Program-made: the position numbers and the translations under genes
Source: Deltaproteobacteria bacterium
GTDB taxonomy: Bacteria; Myxococcota_A; UBA9160; SMWR01
Length of the DNA stretch: 64,000 nt
Direction: 5' to 3'
Assembly (NCBI GenBank): GCA_032128115.1
Contig: JAQBHB010000014.1
Span: forward strand, 1-64,000
Part shown: one piece after another, positions 1 through 8,844 of the stretch
How the letters are laid out: every line of letters begins with the position of its first letter
How positions within the stretch are numbered: the stretch's first letter is position 1
Notes under the pieces: model-generated
Told to the model about the DNA's origin: nothing
The model's database searches: none
Seen by the model: the letters and a program-made list of their open reading frames with translations, nothing else

Positions 1-3000
1 GACGACGTCATCGCCCTGCGACCCGACGCGCTCCTCGTGCGCTGGACGAACTGGGGCACGGACCTCGCCAGCGGCGGCGCCTTCGAGCGGAGCCTCTGCG
101 AGCTCTGGGTTTTCGGGGCCGACGGTCTCGTGACGCGCTGGGAGCAGTTCGACGCCGAGCAGGACACCGAGGCGCTCGCGCGCTTCGACGCACTGACGGC
201 CGAGATCCCGGCTGCGCCGCGCCGCGTGCGAGCGAACGCCGCGACTGCGCACGTGGCCCGTGAGAACGCCGCGTTCGCTGCCCGAGATGGCGACGCGCTT
301 GCCACCCTCTTCACCGACGAGTTGGAGTTCGTGGACCACCCCAACGGCACCACGCTCGACCAGCCGGAATACCTCACCTCACTGCGCGCGCAAGAGCTGA
401 CGCGCCGGCACGAGCCGTTGGCCACCCTCGGTGACACACTCGCATTGTGCCGCGTATCACACCGAGCGGGCGGGACCGCCCACGGCAACTTTGACGTCGG
501 CGCCTACGAGATAGAAAGAGTCGTCGTGTTCGAGGTTGATGCGCAGGGCCGATGTCGGTGGCGCGAGTCCTTCGCTACCGACCACCTGGGCGACGCCGTC
601 ACCCGCTTGTACGAGCGCTACGCCGAGCTCCTGCCCGACGGCCCCGAGCGCATCCACGCCGCAACGACCGCGCGCTCGTTCGCGGCGACCGTGGGACCGT
701 TCGACCTCGATCGCTACGCCGCGGCGTTCGCGCCCGCCATCGAGGGCGTCGACCACCGGACCTTGGGGACCTGGTCCGCTCGTGGGGCGGAGGCGCTGCT
801 GGTGCACTTCCGCTCCTTCCTCGAACTCGTCGACGACGCCGCCTTGCGCGTCGACGATGTCCTCAGCCTGCACTCGGATGCGACCCTGGTGCGCCGGACC
901 CACTCCAGCACCGACCGCGCCGGCGGCGGTGCCTACGAGAGGCAGTTCCTCAGCATCGGCGTGTTCGGAGCAGAGGGTCTCTTGACGCGCATCGAGTGGT
1001 TCGACCCCGATCGCGACGACGAGGCGCTCGCCCGCTTCGACGCGCTGGCAGTCGAGCGGCGAGCGCCGCGCCCCGCGCGGCGCCGCGTGCGAACGAACGC
1101 CGCAACAGCTCAGGTCGCAAACCACGACGCCGCTGTCGCGGCGCGGGACGCTGACGCGCTTGCGATGCTGCTCGCCAAGGACTCGGAAACCCTCGACCAT
1201 ACGACCGGCGCCAGCTTTGGCCGGCCGGGAACGCTGGACCACTACCGCAGGCTACTCCGAACCCCGGATCTGGCGCAGTCGGCGGAACCCCTGGCGACCC
1301 TCGGCGACTCCCTCGCGCTCTGCCACATCTCGTGGTCGGGGAGCGGGGCCGGCAGCAGCAGGTTCGACGTCGGCGCGTTCGAGGTCGACAAGATCCAGCT
1401 GATCGAGGTCGACGCGCAGGGTCGGCGCCGGCGGAACGAGGTCTTCGCCACCGACCACCTGGGCGACGCCATCGCGCGGCTCTACGAGCGCTACGCCGAG
1501 ATCCTGCCCGACGGCCCCGCGCGCATCCGCGCGGCGGCGACGGCGCGCTCGGCCGCGGCCTATCTGATGCAACCGTGGGACCCGGATCGCTACGCCGCGG
1601 CGTTCGCACCCACCATCGAGGTCGTCGACCACCGGATCTTGGGGACCTGGTCCTCGCGTGGGGTGGAAGGGGCACTCCAGAACCACCATTCCTGGCTCCT
1701 TCTGACCGACGACGGCGCGGTGCGAGAAGACGACATCCTGAGCCTGCGGTCTGATGGGCTGCTCTGGCGGCGGACGTTCTTTGGCACCGACCGCGCGGGC
1801 GGCGGCGCTTTCGAGCGGCAGTTCATCCACCTCTGGGTCGTGGGAAGCGATGGCCTTCTGACGCGCCTCGAGTTCTTCGACGCCGATCGCGACGCCGCGG
1901 CGCTCGCGCGCTTCGACGAGCTGACGGCCGAAGCACCGCTGGCGCGCCGCGTCCGCCGCCGAGTACGACCGAACGCCGCGACCGCGAACGCAGCGCGCCA
2001 GGAGGCTACGGTCGCTGCGCGAGACGCCGCTGCGCTGACGGCCCTTCTCGCGGACGACATCGTCGTCGTGAACCATGCCACCGGCGTCGAGCACGGCCGC
2101 GAGGGAGCCCTCGCCACATGGCGCTCGCTGCTGAATGACCCGAACCCGAACCTCCGGAACGAGCCGCTGGCGACGCTCGGCGACTCGCTAGCGCTGTGTC
2201 GTTGGTCGATCTCGGCTGGTGGACGGGTAGATCACAATTTCGATGTCGGCGCCTGGGAGAGAGACCACTTCTATCTGCTCGAGGTCGACGTGCTGGGACG
2301 ACGGGCGCGGACCGAGGTGTACGCCGCCGACCACCTCGGCGACGCCATCGCGCGGCTCTACGAGCGCTACGCGGAACTCCTCCCCGACGGCCCCGCGCGC
2401 GCCCGCGCCGCCGGGGACGCGCGCGTCGCGGCTGCGTGGCTGGGGTCGGTCGATCTGGGGTCGCTCGAGCGTTACGCGGCCGCGTTGAAGCCCGACATCG
2501 AGGTCGTTGACCACCGGATCTTGGGGACCTGGTCCGCGCGGGGCGCGGAGGCGCACATGCACAGCCTCCGCAGTTGGCTCGACGTCGCCGACGACATCAC
2601 CAGGCGCGCCGACGAGATCCTCGCGCTGCGCCCGGGCGCACTCCTCGCCCGCTGGACCCACCTCGGCACCGTCCGCGCCAGCGGCGGCGCCTACGAGAGA
2701 CCGTTCCTCCTGTACTGGGCCGTCGACAGCGATGGCCTCGTGTCGCACTGGGAGCTCTTCGACCCCGACAGCGACACCGAGGCGCTCGCGCGCTTCGACG
2801 AGCTGGCCGCCGAGCCGCCGGCGATGCGATTCGCGAACGCGGCATCGCGGGCGTTCGAGCAGTCGACCCGCGCGATCGCACAACGCGACTGGGACGCGCT
2901 CGTCGCGTTGTACGCGACGGAGCACGTATTCGACGACCGGCGCTCGCTGGTGCGGACACGCGTCGAGGGTGAGGCGTACTTCGCGAACCTCCGGAGGATG

Positions 3001-3714
3001 TTCCGTGCCTGGAGGGAGGCATCGGACCAGCTCGTCGCGACGCGCGGCGACCGGCTCTCGCTCCACAGTCACAAGCTGATCAGCGTCTCCGGCGACGCGG
3101 GGCCCGCCGAGTTCGAGATGCTCAACCTGGTCGAAGTGGATGCCGCCGGCCGGCGCGCCGCACTCGTGACGTTCGACCTCTCGGATCTCGACGCCGCGTA
3201 CGCCGAGCTCGACGCGTGCTACGCCGTCGGCGAGGGCGCCCCGTACGCCCGCATGTGGGAGGCGTCGCAGCGCATCGTGCGACTCATCGCGGCGCGGGAC
3301 TGGGAACGGATGGTGTCGGTGTTCACTGACGACTTCCTGTGGGAGGACCATCGCGTGCTCGGCTTGGGCACGCGCTCGCGCGATGAAACGCGGGAGCTGT
3401 GGCGTGCCACGGTCGATCTGGCGCCCGACGCCATGCTGCCTGTCGATCACGTGCTCGCCATCAACCACCGCGGAGTGCTGATCGTCGGGCGCTGGCTGGG
3501 GAGTCGAGACGGAGGGGCCTTCGAGATCCCATTCATCGCGATGTGGTGGTTGGACCCGGACGGCCGCATCCGGCGGATCCACACCTACGACCTCGACCAG
3601 CTCGCCACCGCGCGCGCGTGCTTCGACGCGCTGACGAGCGAGCCGCCGGTGCTCCGAATCGAGGACGCGGCGACGCGCGCAGCGGACCGCGTATTGAAGC
3701 GAACTACCAGCTGA
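1..3714 (+). CDS. Large tandem SnoaL/NTF2-like repeat protein (5'-partial; C-terminus looks truncated)
   Basis: Frame is open from base 1. Units of about 290 aa recur (RRVRxNAATA...EPLATLGDxLALCR...DHLGDAxxRLYERYAELLPDGP...VDHRxLGTWS...DxEALARFDxL), each looking like two NTF2/SnoaL-type domains. Confidence 0.8.
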   Translation, partial: DDVIALRPDALLVRWTNWGTDLASGGAFERSLCELWVFGADGLVTRWEQFDAEQDTEALARFDALTAEIPAAPRRVRANAATAHVARENAAFAARDGDALATLFTDELEFVDHPNGTTLDQPEYLTSLRAQELTRRHEPLATLGDTLALCRVSHRAGGTAHGNFDVGAYEIERVVVFEVDAQGRCRWRESFATDHLGDAVTRLYERYAELLPDGPERIHAATTARSFAATVGPFDLDRYAAAFAPAIEGVDHRTLGTWSARGAEALLVHFRSFLELVDDAALRVDDVLSLHSDATLVRRTHSSTDRAGGGAYERQFLSIGVFGAEGLLTRIEWFDPDRDDEALARFDALAVERRAPRPARRRVRTNAATAQVANHDAAVAARDADALAMLLAKDSETLDHTTGASFGRPGTLDHYRRLLRTPDLAQSAEPLATLGDSLALCHISWSGSGAGSSRFDVGAFEVDKIQLIEVDAQGRRRRNEVFATDHLGDAIARLYERYAEILPDGPARIRAAATARSAAAYLMQPWDPDRYAAAFAPTIEVVDHRILGTWSSRGVEGALQNHHSWLLLTDDGAVREDDILSLRSDGLLWRRTFFGTDRAGGGAFERQFIHLWVVGSDGLLTRLEFFDADRDAAALARFDELTAEAPLARRVRRRVRPNAATANAARQEATVAARDAAALTALLADDIVVVNHATGVEHGREGALATWRSLLNDPNPNLRNEPLATLGDSLALCRWSISAGGRVDHNFDVGAWERDHFYLLEVDVLGRRARTEVYAADHLGDAIARLYERYAELLPDGPARARAAGDARVAAAWLGSVDLGSLERYAAALKPDIEVVDHRILGTWSARGAEAHMHSLRSWLDVADDITRRADEILALRPGALLARWTHLGTVRASGGAYERPFLLYWAVDSDGLVSHWELFDPDSDTEALARFDELAAEPPAMRFANAASRAFEQSTRAIAQRDWDALVALYATEHVFDDRRSLVRTRVEGEAYFANLRRMFRAWREASDQLVATRGDRLSLHSHKLISVSGDAGPAEFEMLNLVEVDAAGRRAALVTFDLSDLDAAYAELDACYAVGEGAPYARMWEASQRIVRLIAARDWERMVSVFTDDFLWEDHRVLGLGTRSRDETRELWRATVDLAPDAMLPVDHVLAINHRGVLIVGRWLGSRDGGAFEIPFIAMWWLDPDGRIRRIHTYDLDQLATARACFDALTSEPPVLRIEDAATRAADRVLKRTTS

Positions 3715-3786
3715 CGTCGATCTGGCTCGCTGACGAAGCGGAAGACGAGCGCGGATACTGCATACTCCGCGAACGTGGAGGTCGGA

Positions 3787-4605
3787 ATGCCGGACTCGAG
3801 ATTCGTCAGCAGCTATGGATCCTGGGCACTCGTCGCCGGTGCGTCGGAGGGGATGGGGGAGCAGTTCGCACGCCAGCTCGCGACGCGCGGCTTGAACCTC
3901 TTCCTGGTGGCGCGTCGTCGCGAAGTGCTGGAAGCACTCGCGACGGATATCGCCGGCAAGAGCGGCGTCGAGGTCCGAGTACTGCCGTCGGATCTCTCGA
4001 AGCCGGAGTCTCTGCACGAGATCGAGCGCGCGACCGCTGATTGCGAGATCGGCCTGCTGGTCTACAACGCAGCAGTCTCGGTGATCGGCTCCTTCCTCGA
4101 TCACTCGATCGAGGAGTATCGCGCGGAGCTCGAGGTCAACTGTCGCAGGCCGCTCGAGCTCGCTCATCTCTTCGCTCGCCCGATGGCGCAGCGCCGTCGC
4201 GGCGCGATCCTGCTGATGTCCTCACTCGCGGGAACGCAGGGCTCACCGTACATCGCGCACTACGGCGCGACGAAGGCTTGGAACACCGTGATGGCCGAGG
4301 GTTTGTGGGGGGAGCTCAGCGAGTACGGTGTCGACGTGCTCACGTGTCGCGCGGGTGCGACGCGCACTCCGAAGTACCTGCGCGGGTCGGGTGGCGACTC
4401 GCGCTCCGGATTCGTTCCGGAGATGGAGCCCGCGGACGTCGTTGCCGAAGCGCTGGCCGCGCTCGGTCGAACGCCGAGCATGGTGCCGGGACGCGTGAAC
4501 CGCGTTGCCGCGACGTTGATGCAGAGACTGCTCCCACGTCGCACCGCGGTGACCGTGATGGGAAGAGCCTCCCGAGGCGCGGGCGTCGGGAAAGAGGCTC
4601 GCTAG
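3787..4605 (+). CDS. Short-chain dehydrogenase/reductase (SDR)
   Basis: ALVAGASEGMG Rossmann motif, YNAA, catalytic YGATK (YxxxK); ATG at 3787 follows GGAGG. Confidence 0.9.
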   Translation: MPDSRFVSSYGSWALVAGASEGMGEQFARQLATRGLNLFLVARRREVLEALATDIAGKSGVEVRVLPSDLSKPESLHEIERATADCEIGLLVYNAAVSVIGSFLDHSIEEYRAELEVNCRRPLELAHLFARPMAQRRRGAILLMSSLAGTQGSPYIAHYGATKAWNTVMAEGLWGELSEYGVDVLTCRAGATRTPKYLRGSGGDSRSGFVPEMEPADVVAEALAALGRTPSMVPGRVNRVAATLMQRLLPRRTAVTVMGRASRGAGVGKEAR

Positions 4606-4655
4606 CCCAATTTCCGCAGTTACAGAGAATCTTCGCCCGTCTTGAAGTTTTTTCC

Positions 4656-4681
4656 GTCTCCGGCAAACCCGGGGCGGTTCA
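4656..4681 (-). mobile_element. Orphan IS3-family (IS51/IS6110-like) terminal inverted repeat
   Basis: Reverse complement reads TGAACCGCCCCGGGTTTGCCGGAGAC, matching the TGAACCGCCCCGG...GGAGAC ends of IS6110/IS629-type elements; no transposase adjacent. Confidence 0.7.
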
Positions 4682-4789
4682 ACGAGGAGGAAGGCTCATC
4701 GGTCCAGGTCCCACGGGGGCGCCTGAGTGCCGCGTCGCAGAATCTCAGCTTGACGCAAAGGACACTGGAGGCCGTATGCAATCGGTCTG

Positions 4790-4807
4790 ATCCGGCTCCC
4801 GCTACCA
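4790..4807 (+). repeat. tRNA-Met-like 3'-end fragment (possible att remnant)
   Basis: ATCCGGCTCCCGCTACCA shares CCCGCTACCA with the 3' end of the tRNA-fMet at 8593 and is followed directly by a terminator hairpin. Confidence 0.5.
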
Positions 4808-4809
4808 CA

Positions 4810-4848
4810 GAGAAACGCCCGGAGGCTTTCGGCTTCCGGGCGTTTCTC
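4810..4848 (+). terminator. Intrinsic terminator-like hairpin
   Basis: GAGAAACGCCCGGAGGC-TTTCG-GCTTCCGGGCGTTTCTC, 17-bp stem with one G:T pair. Confidence 0.7.
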
Positions 4849-5175
4849 GGTTCGGGCCACCGCTTTCGTCATTTGCCCGTTGGCTTCGACCCTGCGAGCA
4901 CATTCAAGCTGCGAAGTTGAGGGCCGGGGGTTAGAACACTTCCCGCGAGGCCACGATCCGAGCCCGTGGGCGTTGTGAGTCCGGGCCAGAACGTCTCCCG
5001 TCGATCCCGAGTCGGCGAGCCTGCCTCGACGAGTCGGGGGCCGGCGCTGCTTGGCAAGCTGGCAACCCGTGAGCCGAATTCGCCCCTGCTCTTGCTGTCT
5101 CCGCGCTGAGTCGACAGGATACCCGACCTTGGACTCGAGGTGCGGATTTGAATTTCTGATCCGCCGGGTCTCGAC

Positions 5176-6210
5176 ATGCCCGAAGAGGGAGGGGTGCGCA
5201 AAGTGGACTGGTACAGAATCAAGACTTCGCTCACAGGAGTGAAGCGACTGGCAACGTTGTCGGTAGAAGACAAACAAGCGTGTGTCGACGCGTATAAATT
5301 CTTTCAACGAATGCAAGCAGGTGAAGAGACCAGAACGGAGGACGAGACGAAAGCCGTCGCGGACTATTACAAGGTTTTGAACAACATGTTGTCAGTCTTC
5401 GATCTGGAGAAACTCTACCTTCCTCCCCAGCTGAACGAATCGGAGGGATTGTATGGGAACCAGTTGTTATGCGAACAAGCCGTCTTGAAGGAACTGAGGG
5501 TACAGAACCCCGAAGAGTCCCATCTGTTGGATATGGGTTGCGGGCGAGGACGCATCGCGCACTACATCGCCACGTTGACCGGTGGCCAGGTTTCTGGCTA
5601 CAACATCGATCCGAATCAAATCGAAAACGCTATCGACTGGGCCGCGGAATGCGCAATGAGCGATCGGCTCCACTTCAAAGTTGGCGATCATCACAAGCCG
5701 CTCGAGTACGAATCAGGCAGCTTCGATGGATGCTTTTCCTTCCAGGCGGTCTGGCCCTTCTTCAAGAAGCAGGAGCTCGATGCGCATGCAAGAGAAATGT
5801 TCCGCGTATTGAAACCCGGAGCTCGATACGCTTGTTCGGAGTATTTGCTGACCCCCTTTTTCGATTGGAACAACGAAGAACATGTGGCACTTCACAAAAC
5901 CTTCCTTCCAACTCTGGCGGCCACTCAGTCGATGTATCCGGCCGACGTCTGTGCCGCTTTGGAAAGAGCTGGGTTCAAGATTCTCATTTCGGCGCCTTCG
6001 AAAAGCGAAGCGTGGCCGCTATGCGAGCAGAAGCGCAATCTGATCTATAGGGGTCGAAGAGTGGTCCGTGCCCTCGAGATGATTCGTGTTCTGGCTCCAT
6101 GGGTCGAAGAATCGCTGGATCTTCTTCAGAAGGGTGGGCAAGCCTGGACGGTGGCCGAGAAGGCGAAAATTGCAGATCTGAACTGGAGAATCGTCGCGGA
6201 GAAACAGTGA
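5176..6210 (+). CDS. Class I SAM-dependent methyltransferase (sterol C24-methyltransferase-like / lipid methyltransferase)
   Basis: LLDMGCGRG SAM motif I followed by TGGQVSGYNIDPNQ, SFDGCFSFQA and FRVLKPGA; visibly lower GC than its flanks. Confidence 0.8.
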   Translation: MPEEGGVRKVDWYRIKTSLTGVKRLATLSVEDKQACVDAYKFFQRMQAGEETRTEDETKAVADYYKVLNNMLSVFDLEKLYLPPQLNESEGLYGNQLLCEQAVLKELRVQNPEESHLLDMGCGRGRIAHYIATLTGGQVSGYNIDPNQIENAIDWAAECAMSDRLHFKVGDHHKPLEYESGSFDGCFSFQAVWPFFKKQELDAHAREMFRVLKPGARYACSEYLLTPFFDWNNEEHVALHKTFLPTLAATQSMYPADVCAALERAGFKILISAPSKSEAWPLCEQKRNLIYRGRRVVRALEMIRVLAPWVEESLDLLQKGGQAWTVAEKAKIADLNWRIVAEKQ

Positions 6211-6382
6211 TCGACGGTTGGGCGCGTTGAAGTCGATGAGACCGGTTGCATACGGGCATGCGTCGACTTGTCGTTCTGATGCATTTCAGGGCGTAAGTAT
6301 CTGGAATCGGATGGAAAGCGCTGGAACTCGGCGGATCGTGGGTGGCACCGGCTGAAGGGCGTTGATCCGCGAGAATGGGTCT

Positions 6383-6402
6383 TGATAGCCAATTGGCTAT
6401 CA
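6383..6402. promoter_or_regulatory. Perfect 20-bp palindrome, probable autoregulatory operator
   Basis: TGATAGCCAATTGGCTATCA ends 8 bp before the GTG of the HTH gene. Confidence 0.65.
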
Positions 6403-6410
6403 TCTGAGCC

Positions 6411-6737
6411 GTGTCGATCGCGAACATCGTCCGGGAAGCCCGCCGACGCTCCGGCCTGACGCAGGCGGAGCTGGCCGAGCGGGCAGGGGTCCCCAAGTCC
6501 ACGGTCGGGCGCATCGAATCCGGAGCGCGCGTGCCCTCGACCCAGATGGTCGAGCGCCTCGTTCGAGCCGCGGGGTTCGACGTCTCGGCCTCCCTCTCGG
6601 AACCCGACCCCGGTACAGATTCGATGTTCGAGCGAACGCTTCGCAGAAGCCCAGCCGAGCGCCTCGCAGACGCGACCCGGGTAGCGCGCTTCGTGTTGCG
6701 TGCGCGCCGCGAAATCGCGTTGGCTCCCGATGGCTAG
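6411..6737 (+). CDS. XRE-family helix-turn-helix protein (putative antitoxin)
   Basis: VREARRRSGLTQAELAERAGVPKSTVGRIESG is a typical HTH_3 signature; overlaps the next gene. Confidence 0.85.
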   Translation: MSIANIVREARRRSGLTQAELAERAGVPKSTVGRIESGARVPSTQMVERLVRAAGFDVSASLSEPDPGTDSMFERTLRRSPAERLADATRVARFVLRARREIALAPDG

Positions 6738-7245
6738 CCCCCGTTTCGATCCCGAGCGGATGCTCTCGGCACTGGCAGATGGCGAGGTCCGTTTCATCCT
6801 GATCGGTGGCATGGCGGCAGTTCTCTACGGCGATGTCGGCGTGACGGTGGACATCGACGTGGTCCCCGAGCGGACGGACGAGAATCTCGAGCGTCTGGCC
6901 GAGGCGCTCTGCGGCCTGGGCGCTCGATTCCGGACCGAGGGCGAGCCCGACGGGCTCACGTTCGACTGCTCGGCGCAGTTCTTCCGGAACCTGCCTCCGG
7001 ATGCGATCGTGAATATGACCACCGTCTCCGGCGACCTCGACGTCACGTTCTGCCCCAGTGGCACGTCGGGTTTCTCGGATCTGAAGCGCGACGCCATCGA
7101 CATCGAGGCGGCAGATCGTCTCCACATATTGGTCGCGTCGCTCGAGGACGTGATTCGATCGAAGGAAGCGGCGGGGCGAGACAAGGACCGAGTGGCCGTG
7201 CCACGTCTGCGTCGACTCCTGGACCGTCTCCAGGGCGACGAATAA
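6730..7245 (+). CDS. Nucleotidyltransferase-fold protein (putative toxin-antitoxin partner)
   Basis: ILIGGMAAVLYG...TVDIDV NTase motif and C-terminal SKEAAGRDKD; ATG at 6730 overlaps the HTH gene end. Confidence 0.8.
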   Translation: MASPRFDPERMLSALADGEVRFILIGGMAAVLYGDVGVTVDIDVVPERTDENLERLAEALCGLGARFRTEGEPDGLTFDCSAQFFRNLPPDAIVNMTTVSGDLDVTFCPSGTSGFSDLKRDAIDIEAADRLHILVASLEDVIRSKEAAGRDKDRVAVPRLRRLLDRLQGDE

Positions 7246-7383
7246 GCGCGGGGGGCGACCAGCCTCGGTACCGGGTGGACCGCGATCGACCCTCAGGTTC
7301 GAAGCCTGATACGCCAGCCCGTCGGTTGTGGAAGCTTATGATCGGAGTCGAGGCACGAAGAGAAAACGCCCCCGGAACCGCAA

Positions 7384-7425
7384 GGTCCCAGGGGCGTTGA
7401 TTTGTGGTAGCGGGGGAGGGATTCG
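7384..7425 (-). repeat. att-like duplicate of tRNA-fMet 3' end plus part of its terminator
   Basis: 42 bp identical to 8572-8613, with further similarity (AAAACGCCCCCG) just left of both copies. Confidence 0.9.
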
Positions 7426-7673
7426 GCCGTTGCGAGCCACGCCCGCGAGCCTTCTGGTGTCGCTCCGATGGGCTGCGTAAGGCCCATCGGAGACCCCTCG
7501 ATTCGTGCCCCGCGCACGAGGCCCCGAGGGGGAATCAGCGCTGTCGGTAGAACTTCCGTTCTTGTAAATGGGAAGCCCCGTTCCGATGTCTCGTTTCGCC
7601 CCACCGAGCGCCCCACCTGCAACTCCCTGAAAACGTTCGATTCCGCCGAATTAGGCGGCCTAATTCCGTCAGG

Positions 7674-7687
7674 GGTACGAAACTTGC
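7674..7687 (+). promoter_or_regulatory. Putative sigma54 -24/-12 promoter
   Basis: GG-TACGAAACTT-GC (GG-N10-GC ending in TTGCA), about 125 bp upstream of the PEP-CTERM gene. Confidence 0.6.
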
Positions 7688-7812
7688 ACGTGTCACCCAC
7701 CGGAGTTGACTGGGGAGCGCGACGGCTCTCCCCCTATCGCAAAGAGTGCTCGCCCCGGGGCCGCGCTAGATCGCGGCGTGCCCGCGCGATGCCTGAAGCA
7801 AAGGCGAGGGAG

Positions 7813-8460
7813 ATGCAATTGCTTCGATGTACCCGGGCTCGGGCTGTCTTTGTGGCCGCAGCGTTCGTGGCTCTGTGCGGAGCCCCTGCAAGCGCTGGTG
7901 CCGCCGCGATCTCGAAGATTACCTACGATGTAACTGGTGGAACTTTCCCCGCACTCCTGACGGGACCCGTCGTTGGGGGAACACTCTCTCTGGCCAGCAT
8001 CTCTCCTTCCGGCGTCAGCACACCGATATCGTTCAACGCAACTGGGTTGTTTCAACTCACCCACCTCAGCCTCCTCGCGAACACGGGGACGATTACGATC
8101 ACGAACCCCGGGGGCGTGCTTCTGCAGACTGGCATGATCACTGCCAACGCTGCAAAAGGGACGGGCTCTGGCCTCATTACGGGAAAGATTTTTCAGCCCG
8201 GAACGATCTTCTTCGGGAGTGTGGCAGCCAACCTGTACTTCAGTGCCATTTCCGGGGCCGGGTTCGGAAGCGTCGTTGTGACGCTCGGTATTTTTTACTC
8301 CACGACGCCAGTCACCTTCCCCTTCACCATCGGAAACGAGGTACGGACGCTCGCCCCGATCCCGGAGCCGTCCACGGCCCCCCTCGCGGGCCTGGGCCTG
8401 CTCGCACTCAGCGGCTACGCGGCCCGCCGCCGGGTGAGGCGGATTCGCCAGCGCGCCTGA
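7813..8460 (+). CDS. PEP-CTERM sorting-domain exoprotein
   Basis: Signal peptide, Thr/Gly/Ser-rich body, C-terminal IPEPSTAPLAGLGLLALSGYAARRR (PEP, TM helix, basic tail). Confidence 0.85.
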   Translation: MQLLRCTRARAVFVAAAFVALCGAPASAGAAAISKITYDVTGGTFPALLTGPVVGGTLSLASISPSGVSTPISFNATGLFQLTHLSLLANTGTITITNPGGVLLQTGMITANAAKGTGSGLITGKIFQPGTIFFGSVAANLYFSAISGAGFGSVVVTLGIFYSTTPVTFPFTIGNEVRTLAPIPEPSTAPLAGLGLLALSGYAARRRVRRIRQRA

Positions 8461-8488
8461 ACGGCACTCTCTCAGTCAATGCTCTGAC

Positions 8489-8510
8489 ACGCCCCGCTCC
8501 GGCGGGGCGT
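8489..8510 (+). terminator. Hairpin downstream of PEP-CTERM gene
   Basis: ACGCCCCGC-TCCG-GCGGGGCGT. Confidence 0.5.
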
Positions 8511-8592
8511 CGCCGTTTCGGCGTCCGACCTGGAAGGGAACGGCGCAAACAAAACGCCCCCGAGACCGCGTGGTCCCAGGGGCGTTGATTTG

Positions 8593-8669
<77 letters not shown>

Positions 8670-8844
8670 GTGAAGCGGGCCTATCTATATCCGCTGCTCC
8701 GCAGGCTGTCAAACCACCCCGCCTGCGTTCGGGCTGCACCCCGTCTGCATATCCAAGCTATTGGAATATTTGACATTTTCTGGCTCGTGGGGCCAAATAC
8801 GGGCATTCCAAAGAGCGGACATTTCGAGGGGCGGAGGCTGGACG

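Noticed and set aside
4606..5175. Short ORFs in this gap as transposase or integrase remnants
   Set aside because: No DDE or tyrosine recombinase motifs recognisable in the listed translations.
7468..7812. N-terminal 115-aa extension of the PEP-CTERM ORF in the track
   Set aside because: Covers hairpins and the promoter; RBS and signal peptide fit ATG 7813.
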